Positions 29,313 through 39,016 of a stretch of DNA of 64,000 nucleotides are shown in pieces; within the stretch, counting starts at the first letter, position 1, and every line of letters begins with the position of its first letter. Source of the DNA: a virus; IMG/VR virus record IMGVR_UViG_3300027749_000051, positions 32,001 through 96,000 of that record, one strand, 5' to 3'. The position numbers were made by a program, and so were the translations under genes. The notes beneath the pieces are model-generated. The model was not told the origin of the DNA and ran no database searches. It saw only the letters and a program-made list of their open reading frames with translations.

Positions 29313-31055
29313 ATGAATTTTTTAGAATTATTAAAAGAAGGTAAAGTTGAGGACTTTAAAGAGAAGTATGGTAGGAAATTTTCGACAGATCATCTCAATA
29401 AAATTACATCCTCAGTTCCGAAGAAATACTTGGAATGGGTTGGAAAAGTTATTGATGATGTTAATTTTGATGAGAATATTCAAAAATTAGTTGATGGTAT
29501 TAATAAATTTGAAAAGCATTCAACGAATCTTCCATTAACGGATATCAACCAATATAAAAGTTTAGATCAACTTCTTAAAGGAATTTCTGATTATGAGAAT
29601 AAGCCAAGAAGAGATTTTAAACAAGTTAAGGGTGGAATTGTTGTTTATGATGATGGAAGATACTTTGTTGTAAACCCATCAGATCATGAGACATCGTGTT
29701 ATTATGGTAAAGGAACGAAGTGGTGTACAGCTGCGGATAGTGATATTCATTTTAAACAATTTAATGAAGATGGTAAGTTATTTTACATTTTAGATAGGAG
29801 TAAACCAACAAATGATCCGACATATAAAGTTGCCTTATTAAAGAAGTTTGATGGTAATGAAACTTTTTATGATGCAAAAGATGAAACATTTAATGTTAGT
29901 AACGCAAAGATATTATTTGGAACTGATGTTTATGATAAGATTATGGGTTCAGTTAACGATTATTTGAAACAAGAATTTTCAGAACAACTGAAGATATATG
30001 GTGATAAAGAATTGGCAAAAAAAGAAAAAGAAAGAATTGAAAAGCTAAGACAACGAAGAATACTTTTGGAAAAAGAGGTTGCCGCTCAGTTAAGAAGAGA
30101 TAATTTTGAATGGGAGTTAGGCCCTGATTGTCCTGAAGTGGGATTGAAGGCACATGCTTTATTAAAGTCTTTGGACGATCTTGGTGAGGTTGAAGCAAGA
30201 ACATCTGAAGATAATCAGGAAATATCTAAAATTAAAACTCAAATTGAAGGATTACAAAATGAGGGTGGAGATAACACAGAAGAAATTGAAGAATTAGAAC
30301 AAGAATTGGAGGAGTTAATAAATAAGATTGATGTTTATAATATTATTCCAATAGGATCTTATTATGATACAACAGAGTTTGAGGTTATAAATTCCTCAGT
30401 AGATGGTAATACATATGCAGTTGGTGATGAGGGTGAGATCGATTCAAGTGCTTATGAAAGTGTTGAGCAATTAGTTGACGATATTGGATATGAAGGATTC
30501 AGTAGAAATTTTGTTATGAATTATTTGGATACTGATGCAATTGAGGGCACTGCTGAGGATATCTATAACCAAGATGTTTATAATTGTCCTGAATGTTATC
30601 TTTCTGAAGATCAAAGAATGTTATCAAGAGAACAAGAGAGTGAGATTGATCGTCTTGAAAATAGAGCTGAAAAACTTAAGGCAACAATCGAGCAACTTAA
30701 AAAAGAAAAGGCTCAACATGATAATGAACTAATTGATGAGAAGATTGAAGAACTAACTGATTTAATTGATGAGATTGAAACAGAGATTGAAGAAATACGT
30801 AATGATCCTGATGGGGACTGGCCTGATGATTTATTAGAGGAAGCAATTAAAGATAGAGTTAGTGAAGCGATGGATGATCCAGAATCGTTTTTGAATGAGA
30901 TGGGATTTTCATTTAGTGATTATATTGACAAAGATGAGTTTATAAAGGCGGTTATTGATGAGGATGGATATGCACATACATTAGCTAGATATGATGGAAG
31001 CGCCGATGAGGTTTCGGTTAATGGTGTATCTTTTTATGTGATGAGAATTGATTAA
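29313..31055 (+). CDS. WCT-motif phage protein with acidic coiled-coil C-terminus
   Basis: SCYYGKGTKWCTAA, LFYI; shares domain with 17440-18765. Confidence 0.65.
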   Translation: MNFLELLKEGKVEDFKEKYGRKFSTDHLNKITSSVPKKYLEWVGKVIDDVNFDENIQKLVDGINKFEKHSTNLPLTDINQYKSLDQLLKGISDYENKPRRDFKQVKGGIVVYDDGRYFVVNPSDHETSCYYGKGTKWCTAADSDIHFKQFNEDGKLFYILDRSKPTNDPTYKVALLKKFDGNETFYDAKDETFNVSNAKILFGTDVYDKIMGSVNDYLKQEFSEQLKIYGDKELAKKEKERIEKLRQRRILLEKEVAAQLRRDNFEWELGPDCPEVGLKAHALLKSLDDLGEVEARTSEDNQEISKIKTQIEGLQNEGGDNTEEIEELEQELEELINKIDVYNIIPIGSYYDTTEFEVINSSVDGNTYAVGDEGEIDSSAYESVEQLVDDIGYEGFSRNFVMNYLDTDAIEGTAEDIYNQDVYNCPECYLSEDQRMLSREQESEIDRLENRAEKLKATIEQLKKEKAQHDNELIDEKIEELTDLIDEIETEIEEIRNDPDGDWPDDLLEEAIKDRVSEAMDDPESFLNEMGFSFSDYIDKDEFIKAVIDEDGYAHTLARYDGSADEVSVNGVSFYVMRID

Positions 31056-31082
31056 TGATTTGATTAAGTTTATTATTATGAT

Positions 31083-31859
31083 ATGGGAAGAAAAAAGAAA
31101 ATATTATTCAAATTAAGCCCCGAGTGGATGCTCAAAGCACCAGTTGATTTTGAATATAACAAATATACTTTGTTGGACTATTTGCAGAAGTGTGAGAAAA
31201 GGTTTGATAAGTTAGAGATTTATCCTGACTTTGTTGAGTTATCTTTACATCTTGCTAATCTACAATCTTTGGCGAAAGAGAATACTTTACTACTAACTAA
31301 TAAGAAGTTTGAGTCCTGTGATGATGAGATCTTATTACGAGAGTTGGTTCCAAAGAAAACCCGAGATTTAACGAAGGAAGAAGAAGATGAGTTAGAGAAA
31401 ACAATTAAGTTCTCTGGTAACAAATTGTTTGATGCGTTTAATATTGCGAAATCAATATGGAATCTGGCATATGATAATTTGGATGTCTTCATTAAGAAGA
31501 ATCGGAAGTTCTTGGATAGTGGATGTGGATTTATTTATTTCTACAAAAAAAGTGAAAGCCTTTTATATGTTTGGGAATATGAAATAAAGAAACAAAAGGG
31601 TGAAACATATGTTGAGAAGACTTATCTAAGACCATTATATACAGGACCATCCGAAGAAACATTAAACACAATCATTGATAGTTTCTCCACATGGAAAGAT
31701 AAGACTGGATGTAAAACTCTACCGATATTCGAATTAAGATCATCACAAGACTTTCCAATGGAAGAAACTTTAATCCCAATAATGAAACGGAAAATTATGT
31801 CATATGTTATTCAATCTGGAAATGTTGAAAAGGTTAATAATTTTGACACTAACAATTAA
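31083..31859 (+). CDS. hypothetical protein
   Basis: 258-aa ORF. Confidence 0.65.
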   Translation: MGRKKKILFKLSPEWMLKAPVDFEYNKYTLLDYLQKCEKRFDKLEIYPDFVELSLHLANLQSLAKENTLLLTNKKFESCDDEILLRELVPKKTRDLTKEEEDELEKTIKFSGNKLFDAFNIAKSIWNLAYDNLDVFIKKNRKFLDSGCGFIYFYKKSESLLYVWEYEIKKQKGETYVEKTYLRPLYTGPSEETLNTIIDSFSTWKDKTGCKTLPIFELRSSQDFPMEETLIPIMKRKIMSYVIQSGNVEKVNNFDTNN

Positions 31860-31878
31860 TTTATTAATTATTTAAATT

Positions 31879-32145
31879 ATGAAATCAAGATTAATTATTT
31901 TGGCGTTTATTACAATTCTATTCAGTTCTTGTTATGTGATGGATATTCCATCGTATAACTCTTATCCGTCTTACCATAGTTATTATAGTTATCCGTCTTA
32001 CCATAGTTATTATGGTTATAATCGAGGAAGGATAATTTCACGAGGTCATGTAGAACATTATGGTGGAGGTGGTCATTATAACGGAAGTAATTATCACGGA
32101 GGTGGTAGTACTCGAGGATATAATATCCAAAGTAGAAGAAAATAA
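31879..32145 (+). CDS. small lipoprotein with Tyr/Ser/Gly/His low-complexity body
   Basis: Lipobox-like LFSSC; internal 27-nt period duplication (YPSYHSYY) at 31962 and 31989. Confidence 0.7.
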   Translation: MKSRLIILAFITILFSSCYVMDIPSYNSYPSYHSYYSYPSYHSYYGYNRGRIISRGHVEHYGGGGHYNGSNYHGGGSTRGYNIQSRRK

Positions 32146-32223
32146 ATTGAAATCCACTAGACTTAGTGGATTTTTTTTATTATAATTGTAGATAAATAAA
32201 CTTAACATGGAGGAAAGAAAACG

Positions 32224-32448
32224 ATGAAATGTATTAGATTGATTGGATGGGGTGTTAATGCTGACGCCAAAGAAATTCTAAGAGTTAAAGACTCAGAAGC
32301 AGAATTAAAAGTTAGAACTAAAGAATGGGAATATATTCCTAAGAATGTGTGGAAACTTGAGGGACGAGTTGTTAGAAGTTCTAAACAAGAAGAAACTGAA
32401 GTTGTTGAAAAACATACTAAAGCATCAAATAAGAAAAAGAAGAAATGA
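32224..32448 (+). CDS. hypothetical protein
   Basis: Short basic ORF. Confidence 0.5.
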   Translation: MKCIRLIGWGVNADAKEILRVKDSEAELKVRTKEWEYIPKNVWKLEGRVVRSSKQEETEVVEKHTKASNKKKKK

Positions 32449-32551
32449 AAAAGTTCTTAAAGAAGATCGAGTTTTTTATTGACTATTATTTTACATGGAT
32501 GTTGTATAATGGTCGTAAAACTGATGACTATAATAACTATATGATAAAAAA

Positions 32552-32788
32552 ATGGGGGAACATGAAATGACAGAAGAAATGGTAGATCATCCAAATCACT
32601 ATGGGGGAGATAGTCCTTATGAAGTGATTAAAGTGTGTGAGGCTTGGGAGTTAGATAATGACGCTTATCTATTCAATGTGGTAAAATATATTGCAAGAGC
32701 CGGTAAAAAAGATGTGGAGAAAGAGTTGGAAGATTTAAAGAAAGCATCATTCTATTTGGATAGAAAAATAAAAAACTTAGAGAAATGA
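32552..32788 (+). CDS. DUF3310 family protein
   Basis: VDHPNHY..KYIARAGKK..DLKKA. Confidence 0.85.
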   Translation: MGEHEMTEEMVDHPNHYGGDSPYEVIKVCEAWELDNDAYLFNVVKYIARAGKKDVEKELEDLKKASFYLDRKIKNLEK

Positions 32789-33222
32789 TTTTTTGGCTTA
32801 CTGGTCAGCCAGGTTCAGGAAAAACAACTTTGGCTAAATGGATTTATGCGTCTATTCTTAATAAAAAAGTAATAGTAGATGGTGATGATATTAGAGAAAT
32901 ATTCGAGAATAAAGATTATAGTGAACAAGGAAGAAGAAAGAATGTTGAGCTAGCGCAGAACATTGCATTATTTTTACATAATAAAGGTGTTGATGTTATT
33001 GTTTCAGTTGTCTCTCCGTATAGGGATCAAAGAGAAAGTTTCAAAGAAAGACTGAAAGATAATATTACAGAACTTTATATTCATTGTGATGATGAACGAG
33101 GAAGAGAAAAATACCATGTCTTAAATTATGAACCACCAATTGATAATTTCATGGATGTTGATACCACAAATGACGATGACTTTACAAGCTTTCAATTAAT
33201 AAGAGAAAAATTAAAAATATGA
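32785..33222 (+). CDS. cysC: adenylyl-sulfate (APS) kinase
   Basis: WLTGQPGSGKTT, DGDDIR, R..NV, SPY..R, YEPP. Confidence 0.82.
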   Translation: MIFWLTGQPGSGKTTLAKWIYASILNKKVIVDGDDIREIFENKDYSEQGRRKNVELAQNIALFLHNKGVDVIVSVVSPYRDQRESFKERLKDNITELYIHCDDERGREKYHVLNYEPPIDNFMDVDTTNDDDFTSFQLIREKLKI

Positions 33223-34079
33223 GAAAATTAGAAGATATTACAAATACCGTCATTAATGGAGATTGTGTTGAGGTAATGAAGGAACTTCCTGAATCTACAG
33301 TAGATCTGGTTGTGACATCACCTCCATATAATGTTGGGATTGATTACGATACTCACTATGACAGACTAGAGATGGATGACTATTGGAATTGGACTGAGAA
33401 ATGGTTATCCGAATCTTATAGATTGTTAAAAGATGATGGGAGAATTGCTATCAATATTCCATATGAAGTGAATGTTCAGACTAGAGGTGGTAGAGTATTA
33501 TTTATGGCTGAGTTCTGGCAAGTGATGAAGAAGGTAGGATTTAATTTCTTCGGACTGATTGACCTTGATGAAGTTTCACCACATAGAAGTAAGACTACCG
33601 CTTGGGGATCGTGGATGTCGCCTTCCTCACCATATATCTACAATCCAAAGGAATGTGTAATCTTGGCGTATAAGAAGAATCAAATTAAAAAGATTAAGGG
33701 TGAACCACAATGGGTTGGTAAACCTGTTAATTTGGAGTTAGAAGATGGGTCAATAAAGAAAAAAATTGTTTATCAGGAAGATCATAAGAAAGAGTTTATG
33801 GAACTTGTTTATGGGCAATGGAATTACTTTGCAGATACCAAACAGATGACCAAAGCGACCTTTTCAATGGATATTCCATCAAAGGCGATCAAGATCCTTA
33901 CTTATAGAAATGATGTTGTTTTAGACCCTTTCTGTGGATCTGGTACTAGTTTAGTTGCCGCTGAAGTGGAGGGCAGACGATGGATTGGAATAGAACTAAG
34001 TGATAATTATTCCAAAGTCGCCAAGGAACGAGTCCAATCTTTTGTGGATAATAAAAAACAATTGAAATTAGAGTTATAA
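33219..34079 (+). CDS. N4-cytosine/N6-adenine DNA methyltransferase (beta class)
   Basis: TSPPY precedes DPFCGSGT. Confidence 0.88.
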   Translation: MRKLEDITNTVINGDCVEVMKELPESTVDLVVTSPPYNVGIDYDTHYDRLEMDDYWNWTEKWLSESYRLLKDDGRIAINIPYEVNVQTRGGRVLFMAEFWQVMKKVGFNFFGLIDLDEVSPHRSKTTAWGSWMSPSSPYIYNPKECVILAYKKNQIKKIKGEPQWVGKPVNLELEDGSIKKKIVYQEDHKKEFMELVYGQWNYFADTKQMTKATFSMDIPSKAIKILTYRNDVVLDPFCGSGTSLVAAEVEGRRWIGIELSDNYSKVAKERVQSFVDNKKQLKLEL

Positions 34080-34080
34080 A

Positions 34081-34105
34081 AAAAGGGTTTCAACACCCTT
34101 TTTTT
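34081..34105 (+). terminator. intrinsic terminator
   Basis: AAAAGGGT-ttcaac-ACCCTTTTTTT. Confidence 0.7.
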
Positions 34106-34145
34106 ATGCGGATAGATATTTATAAACAAACTTAAGTATAATATT

Positions 34146-34517
34146 ATGAAAGAAGAATTAATTTTAGAACTAGTCCAAATACAAAATCAGTTTAGATTTT
34201 TACATTGGCAAACTTTTGGAGATGCTAAGCATAGGGCTTATGATATGATTTACAAATCATTAGGAAAACTTATTGATAAGTTCGCAGAGGCTTTGATGGG
34301 TAAACAAGGGAGGTTTGAATTTGATTCTGAATTTTCAATATTATTTCAAGATATAAAAACTATTAGTGTTCAAGATTTTGTTGACTCAATAACAGAATTT
34401 TTGGTTGGAATGACGGATAAACTTGATTCAAGATATGACACCGACTTATTAAACATAAGAGATGAGATGTTAGGTGATATCAACCAACTAAAATACTTAT
34501 TAACTTTAAAATATTAA
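34146..34517 (+). CDS. DUF5856/ferritin-like four-helix protein
   Basis: LHWQT..AKHRAY..D.F.E..MG; NIRDEML..YLLTL. Confidence 0.75.
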   Translation: MKEELILELVQIQNQFRFLHWQTFGDAKHRAYDMIYKSLGKLIDKFAEALMGKQGRFEFDSEFSILFQDIKTISVQDFVDSITEFLVGMTDKLDSRYDTDLLNIRDEMLGDINQLKYLLTLKY

Positions 34518-34519
34518 TT

Positions 34520-34867
34520 ATGTCACAGAAAATTATTAGATTAACCGAAGCGGATTTAAATCGAATTGTAAAAAAAATTATTAAAGAAAGTGATTTTGAG
34601 CATGAAAATTTGATTAGAGGTATTCAGAAATTTTTAAATGAGAAATTAAAGACTAGGTTAAAAATTGATGGAAAAACAGGACCAAATTCAGACACTGAGA
34701 AAGCAATCTCGAAATACCAACTAATGATTGGTGTTTATCCTGTGGATGGTATATGGGGTGAAATAACAGAGAGTAAGATGCCTAAAAGAGATGTACAAAG
34801 ACTTAAAGATCTTATTGCCGAAGAGGGGGGAATTATTGATACCTTCTTAAATAATATAGGTTTATAA
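34520..34867 (+). CDS. peptidoglycan-binding-like domain with IIRLTE leader
   Basis: IQKFLN..LKIDGKTGPNS..AI..YQ..VDGIWG. Confidence 0.7.
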   Translation: MSQKIIRLTEADLNRIVKKIIKESDFEHENLIRGIQKFLNEKLKTRLKIDGKTGPNSDTEKAISKYQLMIGVYPVDGIWGEITESKMPKRDVQRLKDLIAEEGGIIDTFLNNIGL

Positions 34868-36282
34868 TGAAAAAACTAATCAGTGAGACAGGTCTACGCG
34901 ACATTTCTGCTTTAAGGAAGAGATATCCTAAGGCAGAAATTTATTTTCATCAGGATCTTGATGGGGTGGCAACTGCATTAGGGATGAAGAAATATCTTGA
35001 GGACAATGGTATTAAAGTTGTCGATGCCCATATTATTCAATATGGAGATAAGGAGTTTTCAATTAAAAAGAATGATGCTCAAGGAGACACGATGCCTGTC
35101 TTAGTTGATTTTGCTCACGGTAAACCAATGTTTGTTATTCATACTGACCATCACGACAAACAAGTCGGAGTGGAAAAAGATACTTCAAAACATTTTGGTA
35201 GTGCTCGTTCAAATGTTGAGACCATTTCACAAATAGTTTCTCCAAAGGATTTGTTTCCAAATCCTGATATCCTTTTAATTAGTACTGTTGACTCAGCAGA
35301 TTTTGCCAAGTATGATTTAACACCTGACGATGTTGTTAATTATCTATATAGAATAGATAAGGAGGTACCTCTACAAAAGAATAAGATGTTGTTAGGGTTA
35401 GTGATTAATAAATTGTTATTGGCGTTTAAGAACAAACCAGGATTTTTAGAAAGTTTAGTGATGAATTCAGAACCTTCTCTATTATCCATCTTAAATAATA
35501 TTAAGAAATGGATGAGAGAAACTAAATCACCAGGTCCTGAAGAACTTCAGAAAAATGCTGAAGATTATAGGGAGACAATGAAAACTTATCCAAAACAAAA
35601 AGTAAGTGATGGAATAATTTATCAATATGGTGGTGGAAGAATGATTAAGCCAGGATCTTATGATAGGTATACTGCATTCCGTAATAATCCTGATGCAGAT
35701 TTTTTAATTATGGCTTGGCCTATGGGATTACTTCAGGCATCTTGTAATCCATTTAAAAAAGATCGTGAATTAAAAGGAGTTAATCTTGGAGAAATTGCCC
35801 AAGAAGTTTTAGGTAGATGGGAATCACAACTTAAAACAAGAAGCATACCTTTATCAACAATAAAATGGATTAGCGAGACTGGTGTTAACCCTGAAAGTGT
35901 CGGATTTACTTTCAAAGACTTTGACGCATTGTATGGTGGTAAGTTTATGTTTATGGATGGTGGCGAAAAGGCGTTGAAGAAAATTGAAGAGATTATGGAT
36001 AAGCCATTCACAGATTTAACCGAAGATGAAAAAAATCTTTTAGATAAGATTGGGATTAATGCTTGGGAATTAATTCAGGCAGGTTCAGGGGGACATAAAT
36101 GTATTACCAACATTTCGGGACTAAATTATTTAGGTAGAGCTAAACGACCACCACAAGGTTCATATCGTTATGACCCGGAAAGAGAAGACGCGGCTTATAT
36201 CAAATTCCTTAAAACATTGGCGTCTGAATTTGAGAAAAAACTAAAAGAAAAGATTAACGAATCAAAAGAAAAAGTAGAATAA
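34867..36282 (+). CDS. DHH/DHHA1-family phosphoesterase
   Basis: HQDLDG, VDF, TDHHD, C-terminal GGH. Confidence 0.72.
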   Translation: MKKLISETGLRDISALRKRYPKAEIYFHQDLDGVATALGMKKYLEDNGIKVVDAHIIQYGDKEFSIKKNDAQGDTMPVLVDFAHGKPMFVIHTDHHDKQVGVEKDTSKHFGSARSNVETISQIVSPKDLFPNPDILLISTVDSADFAKYDLTPDDVVNYLYRIDKEVPLQKNKMLLGLVINKLLLAFKNKPGFLESLVMNSEPSLLSILNNIKKWMRETKSPGPEELQKNAEDYRETMKTYPKQKVSDGIIYQYGGGRMIKPGSYDRYTAFRNNPDADFLIMAWPMGLLQASCNPFKKDRELKGVNLGEIAQEVLGRWESQLKTRSIPLSTIKWISETGVNPESVGFTFKDFDALYGGKFMFMDGGEKALKKIEEIMDKPFTDLTEDEKNLLDKIGINAWELIQAGSGGHKCITNISGLNYLGRAKRPPQGSYRYDPEREDAAYIKFLKTLASEFEKKLKEKINESKEKVE

Positions 36283-36343
36283 AAAATAGATTTGTGGTGG
36301 ACATAAATGAATGATTTACTATATTTATAGTAAATCATTTTTT

Positions 36344-37804
36344 ATGCTAAAAACAATAGAATTAACTTTTAATATTGCAGGAAATGTTGGGAATTATTAT
36401 AAAGAAAATAATATAGATATTAAATATAATAGTATTAATACTATACCAATTGAGAAAGTAAATCCTGATAGTCATTTAATGGTTGACGCCATTTGTGATG
36501 TTTGTGGTAAAGAGACTAAAGTACAATATAGAAGATATAATAAATCTATTAAAAATGGGGGATATTACTCTTGTTCGTCTAAATGTGGAAAGAATAAGAC
36601 AATAGAGACTAATATTGTTAAGTACGGGTCAAATTCATACTTTGAAAGTAATGAGTTTAAAGATAAATCAAAGAAAACATTTTTAACTAAATGGGGGGTA
36701 GATCATTTTAGACGAAGCGATCAATGGAAAGTTGAAAATAGTATTGCGGAAATTGAAAAACGAAAAAAAACAATATTTGATACATTTATCGGTGAAAATC
36801 CAAAAATTATTGGGCAAGATGGTGATAATTTTATAATTAGTTGTGAGATTCATGGGCAGTCAACAATACCTAAATCTATATTTGCAAATAGAAAAATAAT
36901 TGGAACCGAATTTTGTACCATTTGTAAACCGATTGAATCTAATATTTCAGGAAAAGAAGTATTGTTGAAAAAGTTGATTTCTGAAATATATGATGGAAAA
37001 ATTATTATTGGATATAAAATTGAACGAAAAGAAATTGATATCTTTTTACCTGACATTAATATTGGGTTTGAATTTAATGGGTTAAGATGGCACTCTGAAT
37101 TATTTAAAGAAAAAGAATACCATATTAATAAGACTAATTTATGTAAATTGCATGGAATACGACTAATTCATATATTTGAAGATGATTTTGATTTTAAATT
37201 AGATATCGTTAAATCAATAATATCTAATGTTATTGGGAAAAGCGAAATAATTCCAGCAAGGAAAACAACAATTAAAAGAATAAATGAAAAGGATATTGTT
37301 AAAATATTTTTAAATGAAAATCATCTTCAAGGATTTGTTAACACGAATATTAATTATGGGTTATATTATGACGGTGAATTAGTTAGTTTAATGACCTTCT
37401 CAAAATTAAGAAAAATTTTTAAAAATAAAATATTGGATAATAGTTATGAACTAGTGAGATTTTGTAATAAAATTGGTATCGGGGTTATAGGTGGGGCTTC
37501 AAAATTATTTAAGAATTTTTTAATTGAATATAATCCTAAAGATGTGATATCTTATTGTGATATTTCTTGGGCGACTGGAGATTTGTATAAGAGATTAGGA
37601 TTTGATTCTTTATGTATAACTCCACCAAATTATTATTATGTTATTAATAGAAACCGAGAAAATAGAATAAAATATCAAAAACATAAATTGGTTAAACTCG
37701 GGTATGATGAAAATATGACCGAATCTAAAATTATGAATAGTAGGGGGTATTTTAGAATCTATAATTGTGGAAATGAGAAATACATTTATAAAAATACGAA
37801 TTAA
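36344..37804 (+). CDS. Hef-like free-standing homing endonuclease (Zn finger plus PD-(D/E)xK-like plus C-terminal domain)
   Basis: CDVC..SCSSKC; EIDIFL..GFEFNGLRWHS; YELVRFCN..IGGASKL..SYCD; start 36344 after TATTTAT. Confidence 0.7.
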   Translation: MLKTIELTFNIAGNVGNYYKENNIDIKYNSINTIPIEKVNPDSHLMVDAICDVCGKETKVQYRRYNKSIKNGGYYSCSSKCGKNKTIETNIVKYGSNSYFESNEFKDKSKKTFLTKWGVDHFRRSDQWKVENSIAEIEKRKKTIFDTFIGENPKIIGQDGDNFIISCEIHGQSTIPKSIFANRKIIGTEFCTICKPIESNISGKEVLLKKLISEIYDGKIIIGYKIERKEIDIFLPDINIGFEFNGLRWHSELFKEKEYHINKTNLCKLHGIRLIHIFEDDFDFKLDIVKSIISNVIGKSEIIPARKTTIKRINEKDIVKIFLNENHLQGFVNTNINYGLYYDGELVSLMTFSKLRKIFKNKILDNSYELVRFCNKIGIGVIGGASKLFKNFLIEYNPKDVISYCDISWATGDLYKRLGFDSLCITPPNYYYVINRNRENRIKYQKHKLVKLGYDENMTESKIMNSRGYFRIYNCGNEKYIYKNTN

Positions 37805-38151
37805 TCAACTACATAACGGACAGAGTCACCTGTTTTAATCTCAAGGTTTTCACAGGTACCACCTTCGACTTCAAGAACAATATTACCATAACCACAATAA
37901 GTTTTACAATCTTTGGTGTCACAAGGGGGACAATTATGATGTATTTTTGTGATTATGTGATCTTTAATGATAATTATATCAAGAGAGGTTATACAATTTT
38001 TCATATAAAAACATTGTTTATCTCCGCCCATTAAAAATAATAGTCCGTCAAAAGAATTATCAAAAGTCTTTCCCATCATACCGATTGATTGGGACTTTTT
38101 ATCGGTAAGTGTTTTGACATTAAAAATATTTTTATTAATTTTAACTCTCAT
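37801..38151 (-). CDS. DUF192 family protein
   Basis: SIGMMG..GLLF..FYMKNC..LDII..VLEV. Confidence 0.8.
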   Translation of the reverse strand: MRVKINKNIFNVKTLTDKKSQSIGMMGKTFDNSFDGLLFLMGGDKQCFYMKNCITSLDIIIIKDHIITKIHHNCPPCDTKDCKTYCGYGNIVLEVEGGTCENLEIKTGDSVRYVVD

Positions 38152-38164
38152 AACAATAAATACA

Positions 38165-38581
38165 ATGGAAATTAAAAGGAGCTCAGGTGTTCTTGTAAAG
38201 TGTGAAGATAAAGTTCTTCTTTGTAAAAGAAATAAGGAAAAAACTTTTCCAGGAATGTGGTCTATACCTGGAGGAGGAATGGAAGAGGGAGAATCATCTA
38301 AAGAATGCGCTAAGAGAGAGTTCTTTGAGGAGACCTCAGTTGATATTGATGATGATGATTTGGAGTTTATTGGTATAATTCCTTGTTATCGCAAAGAATG
38401 GAAGGAAATTAAAGGATATATGTATGTTTATCTTTTAGTAGTTGATGAAGAAATTATACCAGATCTTGAAATGGCTATGGATGGTTTTGAACACACCGCT
38501 TGTGATTATTTTAAGTTATCTGAAATTGATCCATTGACGACAGGAGACAACCTTTATAATTTAATTAAAACTACAATTTAA
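38165..38581 (+). CDS. NUDIX hydrolase
   Basis: PGGGMEEGESSKECAKREFFEET Nudix box. Confidence 0.9.
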   Translation: MEIKRSSGVLVKCEDKVLLCKRNKEKTFPGMWSIPGGGMEEGESSKECAKREFFEETSVDIDDDDLEFIGIIPCYRKEWKEIKGYMYVYLLVVDEEIIPDLEMAMDGFEHTACDYFKLSEIDPLTTGDNLYNLIKTTI

Positions 38582-38598
38582 ATAAAATAGAGTAATAA

Positions 38599-38630
38599 TT
38601 TGTTTATTTAAAATATGTTTTATATCTTTG
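38599..38630 (+). promoter_or_regulatory. Bacteroidota-type -33/-7 promoter
   Basis: TTTG, 20 nt, TATCTTTG. Confidence 0.75.
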
Positions 38631-38648
38631 TAGTCTAAAATAAACGAT

Positions 38649-38930
38649 ATGAACTTACCACAACACAACATCAAGATTCAACACGAGACATTCGGTATTC
38701 TTTTGAATGAAACTTTCGTAGATCCAATTCAGTTTAAATTATTCTTAAAAATGGTTCAAGGATGTTTGGAACTTAAGAATGATCTTACATTCTTTAATGG
38801 TGTTGATTTTTTGGTTCATATCCCTTTTAAGCATCTAACGAACTCAATTATTGTTACTAATGTAGACACATATACATTAGCGGATCATTTGATTAACAAA
38901 TCAAAGGTTGAGGCGTTAGAAACAAGATAA
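38649..38930 (+). CDS. hypothetical protein
   Basis: Follows promoter. Confidence 0.65.
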   Translation: MNLPQHNIKIQHETFGILLNETFVDPIQFKLFLKMVQGCLELKNDLTFFNGVDFLVHIPFKHLTNSIIVTNVDTYTLADHLINKSKVEALETR

Positions 38931-39016
38931 TTTCAAGTTTCCAAGTTCGTTAAATTTGGTGGTGGAAGGCTGTCGACCGACTAGCCCCAAGAGAGAGACT
39001 TCGGTCTCTTTCTTTT

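Noticed and set aside
3661-34079. Complete restriction-modification systems
   Set aside because: No recognisable cognate restriction endonuclease; methyltransferases look orphan. The HNH at 4617 resembles a homing nuclease.
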